A DNA stretch of 64,000 bases from the NCBI GenBank assembly GCA_030390025.1, contig CM059431.1, forward strand, positions 143,470,001 through 143,534,000. Reading direction: 5' to 3'. The stretch is from Squalus acanthias. Lineage: Eukaryota. The position numbers and the translations under genes are program-made. The notes below the pieces were generated by a model. That model worked only from the letters and a program-made list of their open reading frames with translations. It searched no databases and was not told the origin of the DNA. Below are positions 1-11,512 of the stretch, piece by piece. The first letter of the stretch is position 1. The number at the start of each line of letters is the position of its first letter.

Positions 1-409
1 TGACCCGTCCCTCTCTCAGACTGAACCACCCATTTCTCAGACTGAACCGCCCCTCTCTCAGACCGGACCGCCCCCTCTCAGGCTGAACCACCCCTCGGCA
101 GAATGTACCGCCCCCTATCATGGGCTGAACCACCCCCTCTCTCAGACTGAACCGTCCCCTCTCTCAGAATGCACCGCCCCCTCTCTCAGACTGAAGCGCC
201 CGCTCTCTCAAACAGAACTGCCCCTGCTCTCAGCCGGAAGTGACCCGTCTCTCAGACTGAACCACCCCTCTCAGAATGCACCGCCCCCTCTCTCAGACTG
301 AACCACCACCTCTCTCTGATTGAACTGGCCCCTCTCTCAGACTGAACCTCCACTCTCTCAGACTGAACTTTCCCCTCTCTCAGACTGAATCGCCCCCTCT
401 CTCAGATCG
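1..409. repeat. ~22-bp minisatellite (ctctctcagactgaaccgcccc)n, running off the window start
   Basis: Degenerate direct tandem copies of ctctctcagactgaacc(g/a)cccc are visible throughout. Confidence 0.9.
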
Positions 410-1329
410 ATAAGAACATAAGAACATAAGAAATAGGAGCAGGAGTAGGCCATTTGGCCCTTCGAGCCTGCTCCGCCATTCAATGAGATCATGGCTGATC
501 TTCTGCCTCAACTCCATTCACCGGTCCTATTGCCATATCCCTTAATGCCTTTACTAGTCAGAAATCTATCGACTTCCGTTTTGTATAAACCCAATGACTG
601 AGCCTTAATAATCTTCTGTGGTAGAGAATTCCAAAGATTCACCAGCCTCTGTGTGATGAAATTTCTTCTCAACTCAGTCCAAAATGGCCTACCGTTTATC
701 TTGAGGCTGTGGCCCCTGGTTCTAGACTTCCCAGGCAAGGGAAACATTCACCCAGCATCAAGCCCTGTAATAATTTTGAATGCTTCAATTAGATCCCCTC
801 TCATTCTTCTGAATTCAAGAGAATACAGGCCTAGTTTACTCAATCGCTTCTCATACGAAAGTCCCGCCATTGCAGGAATCAATCTCATGTACCTTTGTTG
901 CACTCCCTCTATGGCAAGTATATCCTTCCTTAGGTAAAGAGAGCAGCATTGTACACAGTCCTCCAGGCGTGGTCTCACCAAGGCCCTATATAATTCGAGT
1001 AAGACTTCTTTACTCCTGTACTCAAATCCTCTTGTAATGAAGGCCAGCATGCCATTTGCCTTCCTAATGGCTTGTTGCACCTGTACATTCACTTTCAGTG
1101 ACTCTTGTACAAGGACACCCAGCACCCTTTGAGCATTTGCATTCTCCAATCTTTCACCATTTAGGAAATACTCGGCCTCTCTGTTTTTTCTACCAAAGTG
1201 GATAACTTCACATTATATTCCATCTACCATGTTCTCGCCGACACACTGAGCCTGTCGAGATCGCCTTGAAGCCTCTTCACATCCGCTTCACAACTGACAC
1301 TGACACCTAGCTTTGTATCATCAGCAAAC
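410..1329 (-). mobile_element. CR1 LINE 3' part (RT C-terminus, 3'UTR, (taagaaca)n tail), degenerate
   Basis: ORFs 748-1149 and 508-747 encode the CR1 ORF2 C-terminus (LYRALVRPRLE..., RRMRGDLIEAFKI, TRGHSLKI, WNSLP). Tail repeat at 410-430. Breaks just past the FADDTK motif at ~1329. Confidence 0.9.
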
Positions 1330-3280
1330 AAAACCTACTTGACCTCGTCCTCACCAATCTACCTGTTGCAGATGCATCTGTGCATGACAGCATTGGCAGC
1401 AGTGACCACCGCACATTCATTGTGGAGACAAAATCCCGTCTTCACACTGAGAACTCCCTCCATCGTGTTGTGTGGCACTACCACCGTGCTAAATGGGATA
1501 GATTCAGAACAGATCTAGCAGCTCATAACTGGGCATTCCTGAGGCGCTATGGGCCATCAGCAGCAGCAGAATTGTATTCCACCACAATCTGTAACCTCAT
1601 GGCCTGGCATATCCCTCACTCTACCATTACCTGCAAGCCAGGGGACCAACCCTGGTTCAACAAGGAGTGTAGAAGGGCATGCCAGGAGCAGCACCAGGCG
1701 TACCTAAAAATGAGGTGTCAACCTGGGGATACTGCAACACAGGACTAAATTCATGCTAAAATGCAGAAGCAGCATGCTATAGACAGGGCTAAGCGATCCC
1801 ACAATCAACGGATCAGATCAAAGCTCTACAGTCCTGCCGCATCCAGTCGTGAATGGTGGTGGACCGTCAAACAACTAACGGGGGGAGGAGGCTCCATGAA
1901 TATCCCCATCCTCAATGATGGTGGAGCCCAGCACGCGAGTGCAAAATACAAGGCTGAAGTGTTCGCAACCAACTTCAGCCAGAAGTGCCGAGTGGATGAT
2001 CCATATCGACCTACTCCCGTGGTCCCCACCATCTCAGAAGCCAGTCTTCAGCCAATTCGATTCACTCCACGTGATATCAAGAAACGGCTGAGTGCACAGG
2101 ATACAGCAAAGGTTATGGGCCCCCTAACATCCCGGCTGTCGTGCTGAAGACTTGTACTCCACAACTAGCCGTGCATCTAGCTGAGTTGTTCCAGTACAGC
2201 TACAACACTGGCATCTACCCGACAAGGTGAAAAACTGCCCAGGTATGTCCTGTCCACAAAAAGCAGGACAAATCCAACCCGGCCAATTACCACCCCATCA
2301 GTCTACTCTCAATCGTCAGCAGAGTGATGGAAGGTGTCATCGACAGTGCTATCAAGCGACACTTACTCACCAATAACCTGCTCACTGATGCCCAGTTTGG
2401 GTTCTGACAAGGCACTTGGCTCCCGACCTCATTACAACCTTGGTCCAAACATGGACAAAGGAGCTGAATTCCAGAGGTGAAGTGAGAGTGACTGCCCTTG
2501 ACATCAAGGCAGCATTTGACCAAGTGTGGCATCAAGGAGCCCGAGTAAAACTGAAGACAATGGGAATCAGGGGGAAAACTCTCCAGTGGCTGGAGTCATA
2601 CCTCACACAAAGGAAGATGGTTGTGGTGTTTGAAGGTCAATCATCACAGCCCCAGGATATCGCTGCAGGATTTCCTCAGGTCAGTGTCCTAGGCCCAAAC
2701 ATCTTCAGCTGCTTTATCAATGACATTCCCTCCAACATAAGGTCAGAAATGGGGATGTCCGCTGATGACTGCACTGTGTTCAGCGCCATTCACAACTCCT
2801 CAGATAATGAAGCATCCATGCCCGCATGCAACAAGACCTGGACGACGTTCAGGCTTGGGCTGATAAGTGGCAGGCAACATTCACTCCACTCAAGTGCCAG
2901 GCAATGACTATCTCCAACAAGCGAGAGTCTAACCACCTCCCCTTGACATTCAATGGCATTGCCACTGCCGAATCCCCCACTATCAACATCCTGGGGGTCA
3001 CCATTGAGCAGAAACTTAACTGGACCAGCCACATAAATACTGTGGCAACAAGAGCAGGTCAGAGGCTAGGTATTCTGTGGCGAGTGTCTCACTTCCTGAC
3101 TCCCCAAAGCCTTTCCACCATCTAAAAGGCTCAAGTAAGGAGTGCGATGGAATACTCTTCACTTGCCTGGATGAGTGCAGCTCCAACAACACTCAAGAAG
3201 CTCGACACCATCCAAGACAAAGCAGCCCGCTTGATTGGCACCCCATCCACCACTTAAACATTCACTCCCTCCATCACCGG
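1330..3280 (+). mobile_element. Second CR1/Jockey-group LINE family (EN C-terminus to RT), disrupted and truncated at both ends
   Basis: ORFs 1380-1748 (GSSDH, PWFN), 1761-2147, 2416-2907 (ALDIKAAFD, GFPQVSVLGP, SADD) and 2826-3125, with stops and frameshifts. Cut at 3280 by an LTR. Confidence 0.88.
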
Positions 3281-3474
3281 TGTCGTAAGAATGAGCCTTA
3301 CGCGTGGTGAACTTAAAGTAAGCTTTAATCAACTAAAAAGGTGCTACATACAAAAGAGGTCTTACTCTATGCCTCTCCAGGATCCAACTGATCAGTCCAG
3401 TATTTATCCTGGACTAATCACAGGAAGTGATGCAATAAAGTTCGAGTCACAGGAAGCTGTATTGTGTTACCACA
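3281..3474 (-). repeat. 3' LTR of the Gypsy element (194 bp)
   Basis: Minus strand begins TGTGGTAAC directly after a G-run/GAGAA polypurine tract and ends CTTACGACA. It contains ATAAATA and ATTAAA on the minus strand. Confidence 0.82.
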
Positions 3475-3525
3475 TTCTCCCCCCCCCCCCCCAAAAGATT
3501 AGGAGTCCGGGATGCTCCCTCCATT

Positions 3526-4788
3526 TCATAGCTGCTGGACGAGGGAGAGCCGTACCCGTTTGGGTTCTCGTAGCGGTAGAGGGCCCCTAGCCCGTTTACC
3601 CGCCGCGGGCCGTGGACCAGAGTCCGAGTGATCCAGCCCGCTCTGTGAGGGGTCAGGACGATCCTGACTGTGTACTGGTGCCCGAACGGGTGTCGGGCAG
3701 GGCTGTGGCAGATCCGTTTCCGAGCGTACGGTACGGGGTGGATCGTGGCTGTGCGCGCGAGCCCCGACGGGCTCATAGTCAGTCTGCCCCAGGTCGGCAC
3801 GCTGGAGTGAGATACCAGCTGGCGTCAGATCCAGATCGTGATGAGAGGCACCTGGCGAGCCCAAAGATTTGCCTGATACAATATCATCCCCTGGTGTCCC
3901 TCTATGTTTCGGCGTGCAGGGAGCCAGATCCCGCAATGACACGGTAGATTCCCGACCGTCAGGATACCGAATATAGGCGTAGTTAGGGTTGACGTCAGTG
4001 AGCTCAACTTCATCTACCAGGGGGTCATTCTTAGACACCCGGACATATCTTCGGAGTAGCACTGGTCCCTGTGTAGTCAGCCACGACGGGAGAGATATCC
4101 CATAGGATGAGCGACGTTGAAATCGGAAGAACCGTTCATGAGGCATCGTATTTGTGGCGGTCGAAAGGAGGGACCGTGTGGAGTGTAATGCGTCTGGAAG
4201 TACTGCTTCCCATTGCTGGTTGGGTAGGCCCCGAGATCTCAAAGCCAGACGTACCGCATTCCAGATGATAGCGTTAAAACGCTCGACTTGCCCATTCCCG
4301 ACCGGATGATAAGGCATCGTTCTGCTGGCAGCAATACCCCGTTCCGAGAGATAGGCCTTGAGTTCTCCTGACATAAAAGAAGGGCCCCGATCTGAATGAA
4401 CATAGGATGCCATGCCACAGAAAGCAAATACCTGCTCAAGGCAGCTGATAACCGTGGTCGTCAGCATATTGGGGCAGGGAAAGGCAAACGGAAAACGGGA
4501 ATACTCATCGACCATGGTCAACAGATAAGTATTGCGAGTTGAAGAGGGCAACGGCCCCTTAAAATCGATGCTAAGCCGTTGCATTGGCTGGGTCGCATGT
4601 ATGAGTATACCACCCGAGGGGCGGAAAAACTGAGGTTTCAATTCCGCACAGACTCTGCAGTCCGAGCACATCTTCTTTACATCCCCGGTAGAGAATGGGA
4701 GATTTCGGGACCGCACGAAGTGTACCATGCGAGTAACGCCCGGATGACACAACCCATCATGGATGTCTACGAGCGTAGAGGGTGCCAT
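3526..4788 (-). CDS. Gypsy integrase portion of pol
   Basis: HHCC-type zinc finger (HDGLCH...CRVC) and DDE core (SIDFKGP, HSDRG, NGQVERFN). In frame with the upstream RT ORF across a single TGA at 4804-4806. Confidence 0.88.
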   Translation of the reverse strand: MAPSTLVDIHDGLCHPGVTRMVHFVRSRNLPFSTGDVKKMCSDCRVCAELKPQFFRPSGGILIHATQPMQRLSIDFKGPLPSSTRNTYLLTMVDEYSRFPFAFPCPNMLTTTVISCLEQVFAFCGMASYVHSDRGPSFMSGELKAYLSERGIAASRTMPYHPVGNGQVERFNAIIWNAVRLALRSRGLPNQQWEAVLPDALHSTRSLLSTATNTMPHERFFRFQRRSSYGISLPSWLTTQGPVLLRRYVRVSKNDPLVDEVELTDVNPNYAYIRYPDGRESTVSLRDLAPCTPKHRGTPGDDIVSGKSLGSPGASHHDLDLTPAGISLQRADLGQTDYEPVGARAHSHDPPRTVRSETDLPQPCPTPVRAPVHSQDRPDPSQSGLDHSDSGPRPAAGKRARGPLPLREPKRVRLSLVQQL

Positions 4789-4803
4789 GGCGGAGCAGAA
4801 TGC

Positions 4804-6384
4804 TCATGTGAGGGTATCCGGAGCCACATTCTCCTTGCCAGGTCGATAGTGGATGGTGTAACCAAAAGAGGCCAATTCCAGCCGCCAAAGCTGGCTTTTA
4901 TTATTTTTAATTTTGGTCCGTTTTCGATTATCGAGCATGAAGGTGACCGATCGCTGGTCCGTGATTAAGGTAAAGTGCTGGCGAGCTAGGAGATGACTCC
5001 ACTTCCGTACTGCCTCTATGATGGCTGTAGCTTCTTTCTCGACTGGAGGATAATGTAGCTCAGCCCCTTGAAAAGTCCTGGACAAAAATGCCACCGGACG
5101 ACCTTCCTGATTCAGAGTGGCCGAGATCGCCACCTCCGAGGCATCACACTCAACAACAAAAGGAAGACTCTCATCGATGGAGTGAAGAGCCGCTTTCTCC
5201 AACTGTTTTTTCAGGAGGTTAAAGGCTGCAACAGCCGCTGTGTCTAGTGGGAATGTGCTGGCCTTCAGTAGAGGTTGGATTCGGTCCGAGAAGTTAGGAA
5301 TCCATTTAGCATAGTATGCAAACAGGCCGAGGGCCCGGCGCAAGGAGGCCGGATTCTTAGGTGGCGGGAGTTCTTGGAGTGGGCGAAGCCTTTCAGGGTC
5401 AGGTTTAATGATGCCATTGCCCACACAATAGCCAAGGATGTTGATGGTTGGTTGTGACTCAATGGATTTAGCCGCATTTAATGTCAAATTACAGTGCTGG
5501 AGTGCATCCCAAAATCGTTGGAGATTGGCGTCATGTTCCTGCTGATTGCGACCTGCGACAGTAATATTGTCCAGATAAGGAAACGTATCCTTCAAGTCTT
5601 CCTGTTTGACCAGGTCATCCATTGCTCGCTGGAAGACAGCCACTCCATTCGTGACCCCAAAGGGGAGGCGACGAAATTGATACAGCTGTCCAATGGCTTC
5701 AAAGGCCGTATACTGCTTGTCTGAGACCTTCAAGGGTACCTGATGATAGGCACTTTTCAGATCATATGTTGAGAACACCGTGTACTCAGCCAGTTTATTA
5801 ACCATATCATCGATGCGCGGCAATGGGTATGCGTCCAAGTCCGTATATTGATTGATGGTCTGTGAATAGTCAATGCACAGCCGTTTCTTGTGAGGTTGTA
5901 GAGGGTTCTTAACAATAACGACCTGGGCGCGCCATGGCGACGAACAAGGCTCGATGATATCCTCTGCTAAAAGCCGAGAAATCTCAGCCGCAATAAAAGA
6001 CTGGTCTTCCTGACTGAAACGTCGTGACTTTGTTATAATCGGTTTGCATCGATGAGGGATACTGGTAAACAGTGAGGGTTCATCCAGTGAAGCTGCTGAC
6101 AATGCACAGAACGGTAATCGAGGTCGTATATTAGAAATAGTGAGTTCAGGTTTGGATCCGCCGAACTCAATGGTGAGCTTCTTATGCTGCTTTTGAAAAT
6201 CCAGCCCTAAGATAAGATCACTACATAAATCCTTGAGCACCGAAAGCCGGGTGGAGGGATACCTGTGACCATTAAGTGTTATTTCAACCATACAAAAGCC
6301 AGAAATTCTGGTATTAAGTGATGACTGGTCCGATGGGAAAACATGTAGCTTTAACTCTGCAACAATCTGTTCCCTAATGAAACT
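4804..6384 (-). CDS. Gypsy protease C-terminus, reverse transcriptase and RNase H portion of pol
   Basis: SSPW, RLCIDY, DAYPLP, DLKSAYHQ, LPFG, YLDN; RNase H motifs CDAS, EKEA, TDQ, NVAPD. The first ~13 residues of the track ORF (to 6423) come from the adjacent CR1. Confidence 0.88.
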   Translation of the reverse strand, partial: SFIREQIVAELKLHVFPSDQSSLNTRISGFCMVEITLNGHRYPSTRLSVLKDLCSDLILGLDFQKQHKKLTIEFGGSKPELTISNIRPRLPFCALSAASLDEPSLFTSIPHRCKPIITKSRRFSQEDQSFIAAEISRLLAEDIIEPCSSPWRAQVVIVKNPLQPHKKRLCIDYSQTINQYTDLDAYPLPRIDDMVNKLAEYTVFSTYDLKSAYHQVPLKVSDKQYTAFEAIGQLYQFRRLPFGVTNGVAVFQRAMDDLVKQEDLKDTFPYLDNITVAGRNQQEHDANLQRFWDALQHCNLTLNAAKSIESQPTINILGYCVGNGIIKPDPERLRPLQELPPPKNPASLRRALGLFAYYAKWIPNFSDRIQPLLKASTFPLDTAAVAAFNLLKKQLEKAALHSIDESLPFVVECDASEVAISATLNQEGRPVAFLSRTFQGAELHYPPVEKEATAIIEAVRKWSHLLARQHFTLITDQRSVTFMLDNRKRTKIKNNKSQLWRLELASFGYTIHYRPGKENVAPDTLT

Positions 6385-7620
6385 GGGAGGTTTTTTATGT
6401 CTTCCTCGTGAAGACAGAAACAAAGTACTTATTTAATTTCTCACCATTTCCTCATTCCCCATTATAAATTCTCCCGTCTCTGACTCTAAAGGACTTACAT
6501 TTACTTTCGCCAGTCTTTTCCTTTTCACATACCTATCGAAGCTTTTACAATCCATTTTTATATTTTTTGCTAGTTTGTGCTCATATTCCATTTTCCCTTT
6601 CTTTATCAATTTCTTGGTCCCCCTTTGCTGATTTCTATAAAGATTCCAATCTTCAGGCTGAGCGCTTTTTCTGGCAACTTGATAAGTTTCCTCCTTTGAG
6701 TTAATTCTAGCTTTAATTACTTTTGTTAGCCATGGTTGGATCACTTTTCATTTTGGGTTTTTATGCCCTAGAGGAATATATGTTTGTTGCAAATTATGCA
6801 TTATTTCCTTGAATTTTAGCCACTGTATGTCCACCTTCATATCTTTTACTGTAGTCTCCCAATCTACCATGGCCAACTTGTTCCTCATATCCTTGTAGTT
6901 TCCTCTGTTTAGATTGAATACCTTAGTTTCAGATTGGACTACATCACTCTCAAATTTAAGATAAAATTCAATCGTATTATAGTCACTTGTCCCGAAAGGC
7001 CCCTTTACCACAAGAATATTGATTATCCCTTTCTCATTAAACAGAACCAGATCCAGAATAACCTGATCCCTGGTTGGTTCCTCCACATATTGATCCAATA
7101 AACCATCTCGCTTCCATTCTAAGAATTTGTCCTCCACACCATTAGTGGTAATTTTATTTGCCCAGTCAATATGTTGATTAAAGTCTCCCATGATTACCGT
7201 ATTGCCCTTGTTACATGTACTTCTAATTTCTTGATTGATACTGTGCCCTACATTAGCACTACAGTTTGGTGGCCTATACACAACTCCCACCAATGTTTTC
7301 CGCCCTCCTTGTTGTTTCTTAGCTCCACACAAACTTATTTCAGTTCTACATCACGATCTGCCGAGCCAAGATCTTTCATCACTACCTTACCGATATCATC
7401 CCTTATTAAAAGCACTACACCACCTCCATTTCCTTTTTGTCTGTCCTTTCTAAATGTTGAGTACCCTGGAACATTCAGTTCCCAGCTTTGGTTACCCTGC
7501 AACCTAGTCTCTGTAATGGCAATTACATCATACCCATTTACTTCTATTTGTGTCATTAATTCAAGCACCTTGTTGCGAATGCTACGTGCTTTTAGATAAA
7601 GTGCCTTCAACTTTGATTTG
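6385..7620 (-). mobile_element. CR1 LINE ORF2 5' part (APE endonuclease and linker), frameshifted
   Basis: ORFs 7335-7736 (ARSIRNK, AITET, GGGV), 6748-7332 (VYRPP, MGDFN, LDLV) and 6433-6744 (PWLT). Confidence 0.88.
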
Positions 7621-7629
7621 GTTATACTG

Positions 7630-8350
7630 GACGCTTCCTGTTCTGAAGCAAATGAGGAATGTTTGAGTTGAAATTCATCCTGAGGGCGGGCAACAACTTT
7701 CACAGAAAGGGCGGAGCTCTGAGTCTCACACAACAAGGATCAGATCAAATTCACAATTTGTGACTTGCTCAAATCAAAAAAGGAAACTCTGCATGATCGG
7801 TTCTAGTGAAATAACAAGGATATAACTTGCAAAATCTACACGGAAATAAAGAGGCAGAAAATCTTTGGGTAAGGTTAATGTAGCTTCTAAGCTCCATTCT
7901 GTGTTTTATTTTATTTCTCCCTTTACTCTTCCTCTCTGAAGCCTATTCCCCGCGGTCTGATATGTTCCCAGCGTGGGTTGCGGCTATTCTGTGAGTGAGG
8001 TCTCAGACTGTGACAGAGGGCAGTCCATTTTACACCGGGATTTCAGGGTTAATCTCACTCCTGGTCTCCACCAGTCTCCCCACAGACACATTTTAAAGCG
8101 GTTGGGGTACAGAAAGCAGGAACACGAACTCTGGGAATTTACCCCATTGTGGTCCAGCGGCGCCTCCTCCCTATTGTAGAATTTACAGTTCGGACTGATA
8201 GGGCTGGGAACCTGTGTCCTTCCAACTCCGTATATATATTTTTATTGTATCACTCGCTGAACCGTTTGGTGTCCAGCACAGTTTTATTTAACTGATCAAA
8301 GGCGGGACCAGCAGTTCAGACCCAACACACAGTTCAGCTCAGTAAAGGGT
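7630..8350 (+). promoter_or_regulatory. Locally duplicated non-TE module, copy A: putative GC-box promoter, non-coding exon and splice donor
   Basis: GGGCGG at 7684 and 7709, then ggatcagatcaaattcacaatttgtg and GTAAGG at 7869. Homologous to 28245-28960 (-) and 29935-30435 (+). The repeat is seen directly; the function is inferred. Confidence 0.4.
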
Positions 8351-8538
8351 TAACACATTCGCACTGGCCGATTATCGATCTGGGACGAGGACATGGAAAA
8401 TCCGCCTCTGATTCCCTGAGGACGGACCGAACACGATCCAGTCACAGGATAGGACTGACTTCGGAGATAAAACTTGTCCCCGATGAATTTTTCACCGAGA
8501 AATGTCAGTTTCAGTCAGTTAGAAAAGGAGGTGAATTC

Positions 8539-8941
8539 GGTGGGAGAATGGAGCAGGGAATTCTGTTCATGCTGGGGAATCGTTCATGTTAATGAGGTGG
8601 GAGAATGGAACAGGGAATTCTGTTCATGCTGGGGAATCGTTCATGTTAATGAGGTGGGAGAATGGAGCAGGGAATTCTGTTCATGCTGGGGAATCGTTCA
8701 GGTTAATGAGGTGGGAGAATGGAACAGGGAATTCTGTTCATGCTGGGGAATCGTTCATGTTAATGAGGTGGGAGAATGGAACAGGGAATTCTGTTCATGC
8801 TGGGGAATCGTTCATGTTAATGAGGTGGGAGAATGGAACAGGGAATTCTGTTCATGCTGGGGAATCGTTCATGTTAATGAGGTGGGAGAATGGAGCAGGG
8901 AATTCTCTTCATGCTGGGGAATCGTTCAGGTTAATGAGGTG
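8539..8941. repeat. 57-bp minisatellite, ~7 near-identical copies
   Basis: Unit gaggtgggagaatggaacagggaattctgttcatgctggggaatcgttcatgttaat; 19-aa periodicity in the ORF track. Confidence 0.95.
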
Positions 8942-9209
8942 GTAATTATCAAACTGGCTCAATAGAACATCAGAGTCGACCAACCCTTTACAGAGGAATA
9001 AACTTCAGGAATGTTTTAGACGGAAAGCGTTGCCAAGCCTCAAAGCACCTTTCTCACAGATAGGAGGAAATGAATTACCATTCAATATATAAGAACTATC
9101 TACTCAAATTACCAACAGGTGGGAGTGCACCGGGAACTTTAGCAAATCTCCCTCTTTTTCTAAATTTCCCTGGAAACAGAGATGAAGGAGAGGCAGCAGT
9201 TTTTAAACA

Positions 9210-11512
9210 GGTGTGTCAGTGGGTTGTCTGCTTAGGGCTGGGTAAGTTGGGTGTCTGTGTAGGGCTGGGTCAGTGGTCAGCGGGGTGCGGATCTGGGTCA
9301 GTGGGGCGTGGGGCTGGGTCAGTGGGATGTGGGAATGGGTCAGTGTGGTATGGGGCTGGGTCAGTGGTGTGTGGGGCTAGGTGAGTGGGGAGCGGGGCTG
9401 GGTCGATTGGGTGTGGGGTTGGGTCAGTGGGGTGTGGGGCTGGGTCAGTGGGGTGTGGAGCTGGGTCAGTGGGGTGTGGGGCTGGGTCAGTGAGGTGTGG
9501 GGCTGGGTCATTGGGGTGTGTGGCTCGGTCAGTGGTGTGTGGGGCTGGGTCAGTGGGGTGTGGGGCTGGGTCAGTGGTGTGTGGGGCTGGGTCAGTGGGG
9601 TGTGGGGCTGGGTCAGTGGTGTGTGGGGCTGGGTCAGTGGGGTGTGGGGCTGGGTAAGTGGGGTGTGGGGCTGGGTCAGTGGGGTGTGGGGCTGGGTCAG
9701 TGGGGTGTCGGGCTGGGTCAGTGGTGTGTGGGACTGGGTCAGTGGGGTGTGGGACTGGGTCAGTGGGGTGTGGGGCTGGGTCAGTGGGGTGAGGGGCTGG
9801 GTCAGTGGGGTGTGGGTCTGGGTCAGTGTATTGTGGGGCTGGGTCAGTGGTGTGTGGGGCTGGGTCAGTGCGGTGTGGGGCTGGATCAGTGGGGTGTGGG
9901 GCTGTGTCAGTGGGGTGAGGGGCTGGGGCAGATGGGTGTGGGGCTGGGTCAGTGGGGTATGGGTGTGGGGCTGGGTCAGTGGGGTGTGTGGCTGTGTCAG
10001 TGGGGTGTGGGGCTGGGGCAGTGGGGTGTGGGGCTGGCTCAGTGTGGGGCTGGGTCTTTGGGGTGTGGGGCTGGGTCAGTGGGTTGTGGGGCTGGGTCCG
10101 TGGGTTGTGGGGCTGGGTCTGTGGGGTGAGGGGCTGGGTCAGTGGGGTGTGGGGCTGGGTCAGTGGGGTGTGGGGCTGGGTCAGTGGGGTGTGGTGCTGG
10201 GTCAGTGGGGTGTGGGGCTGGGTAAGTGAGGTGTGCTGCTGGGTCAGTGGGGGGTGGGGCTGGGTCAGTGGGGTGTGGGGCTGGTTCAGTGGGGTGTGGG
10301 GCTGGGTCAGTGCGGTGCGGGGCTTGTTCAGAGGGTTGTGGGGTTGGGTCAGAGGGTTGTGGGGCTGGGTCAGTGGGGTGAGGAGCTAGGTCAGTGTGGG
10401 GCTGGGTCAGTGGGGTGTGGGTTTGGGTCAGTGGGGTGTGGGGCTGGGTCAGTGGGTTGTGGTGCTGTGTCAGTGGGGTGTGGGTTTGGGGTTTGGTCAG
10501 TGGGGTGTGCGGCTAGGTATGTGGGATGTGGGAGGTTGTGCTGGGTTAGTGGGGTGCGGGGCTGGGTCAGTGAGGTGTGGGGCTGGGGCAGTGGGGTGTG
10601 GGGCTGGCTCAGTGTGGGGCTGGGTCTTTGGGGTGTGGGTGCGGGGCTGCGTCAGTGGGGTGTGGGGCTGTGTCAGTGGGGCTGTATCAGTGGAGTGTGG
10701 GGCCGGTTCAGTGAGGTGTGGGTGCGTGGCTGGGTCAGTGGGATCTGAGTCTGGGTCAGTGAGGTGTGTGGCTGGGTCAGTGGGGTGTGTGGCTGGGTCA
10801 GTGGGGTGCGTGGCTGGGTCAGTGGTGTGAGGGGCTCGGTCAGTGGGGTGTGGGTTGGGTCAGTGGGGTGTGCGGCTGGGGTTGTGGGTGTGGGGCTGGG
10901 TCAGTGGGGTGTGGGGCTGGTTCAGTGGGGTGTGTGGCTGGGTCAGTGGGGTGAGGGGCTGGGTCAGTGGTGTGCGGGGGTGGGTCAGTGGTTTGCGGGG
11001 GTGGGTGAGTGGGGTGAGGGGCTGGGTCAGTGGGGCGTGGGGTTGTGTCAGTGGGGTGGGAGGCTGTGTCAGTGGGGTGTGGGGCTGGGTCAGTGGGGTG
11101 TGGTGCGGGCTCAGTGATGTGCGGGTGCGGGGCTGTATCAGTGGGGTGTGGGGCTGGGTCAGTGGGGTGTAGTGCCGGGTCAGTAAGCTGCGGGTGCGGG
11201 GCTGGGTCAGTGGGGTGTGCAGTCGGGTCAGTGGGGTGCGGGGCTGGGTCAGTGGGGTGCGGGGCTGGGTCAGTGGGGTGCGGTGCTGGGTCAGTGGGCT
11301 GCGGGGCTTGGTCAGTGGGGTGTGGGGCTGGGTCAGAGGGGTGTGGGGCTGGGTCAGTGGGGTGTGGGGCTGGGTCAGTGGGGTGTGGGGCTGGGTCAGT
11401 GGGGTATCGGTGCGGGGCTGGGTCAGTAGGGTGCGGGGCTGGGTCAGTGGGGTGCGGGGCTGGGTCAGTGGGTTCCGTGGCTGGGTCAGTGGGGTGTGGG
11501 GCTGGGTCAGTG
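9210..11512. repeat. G-rich 21-bp minisatellite (gtggggctgggtcagtggggt)n, array 1
   Basis: ~2.3 kb of tandem units giving GLGQWGV/WGWVSGV/CGAGSVG pseudo-ORFs. Confidence 0.95.

Larger units (their letters stand above)
3281..6384 (-). mobile_element. Ty3/Gypsy LTR retrotransposon, 5'-truncated (3' LTR, PPT, IN, RH, RT, partial protease)
   Basis: Domain order PR-RT-RH-IN on the minus strand; TG...CA-bounded LTR 3281-3474; polypurine tract 3475-3492. gag and the 5' LTR are absent. Confidence 0.93.

Noticed and set aside
4800..4810. Programmed readthrough between RNase H and integrase
   Set aside because: Recoding in LTR elements normally occurs at gag-pol; a CpG transition is the simpler explanation.
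8474..8965. 163-aa ORF with a 19-aa Cys/Trp repeat
   Set aside because: Product of a 57-bp DNA repeat; open in two frames, with no synonymous-site pattern.
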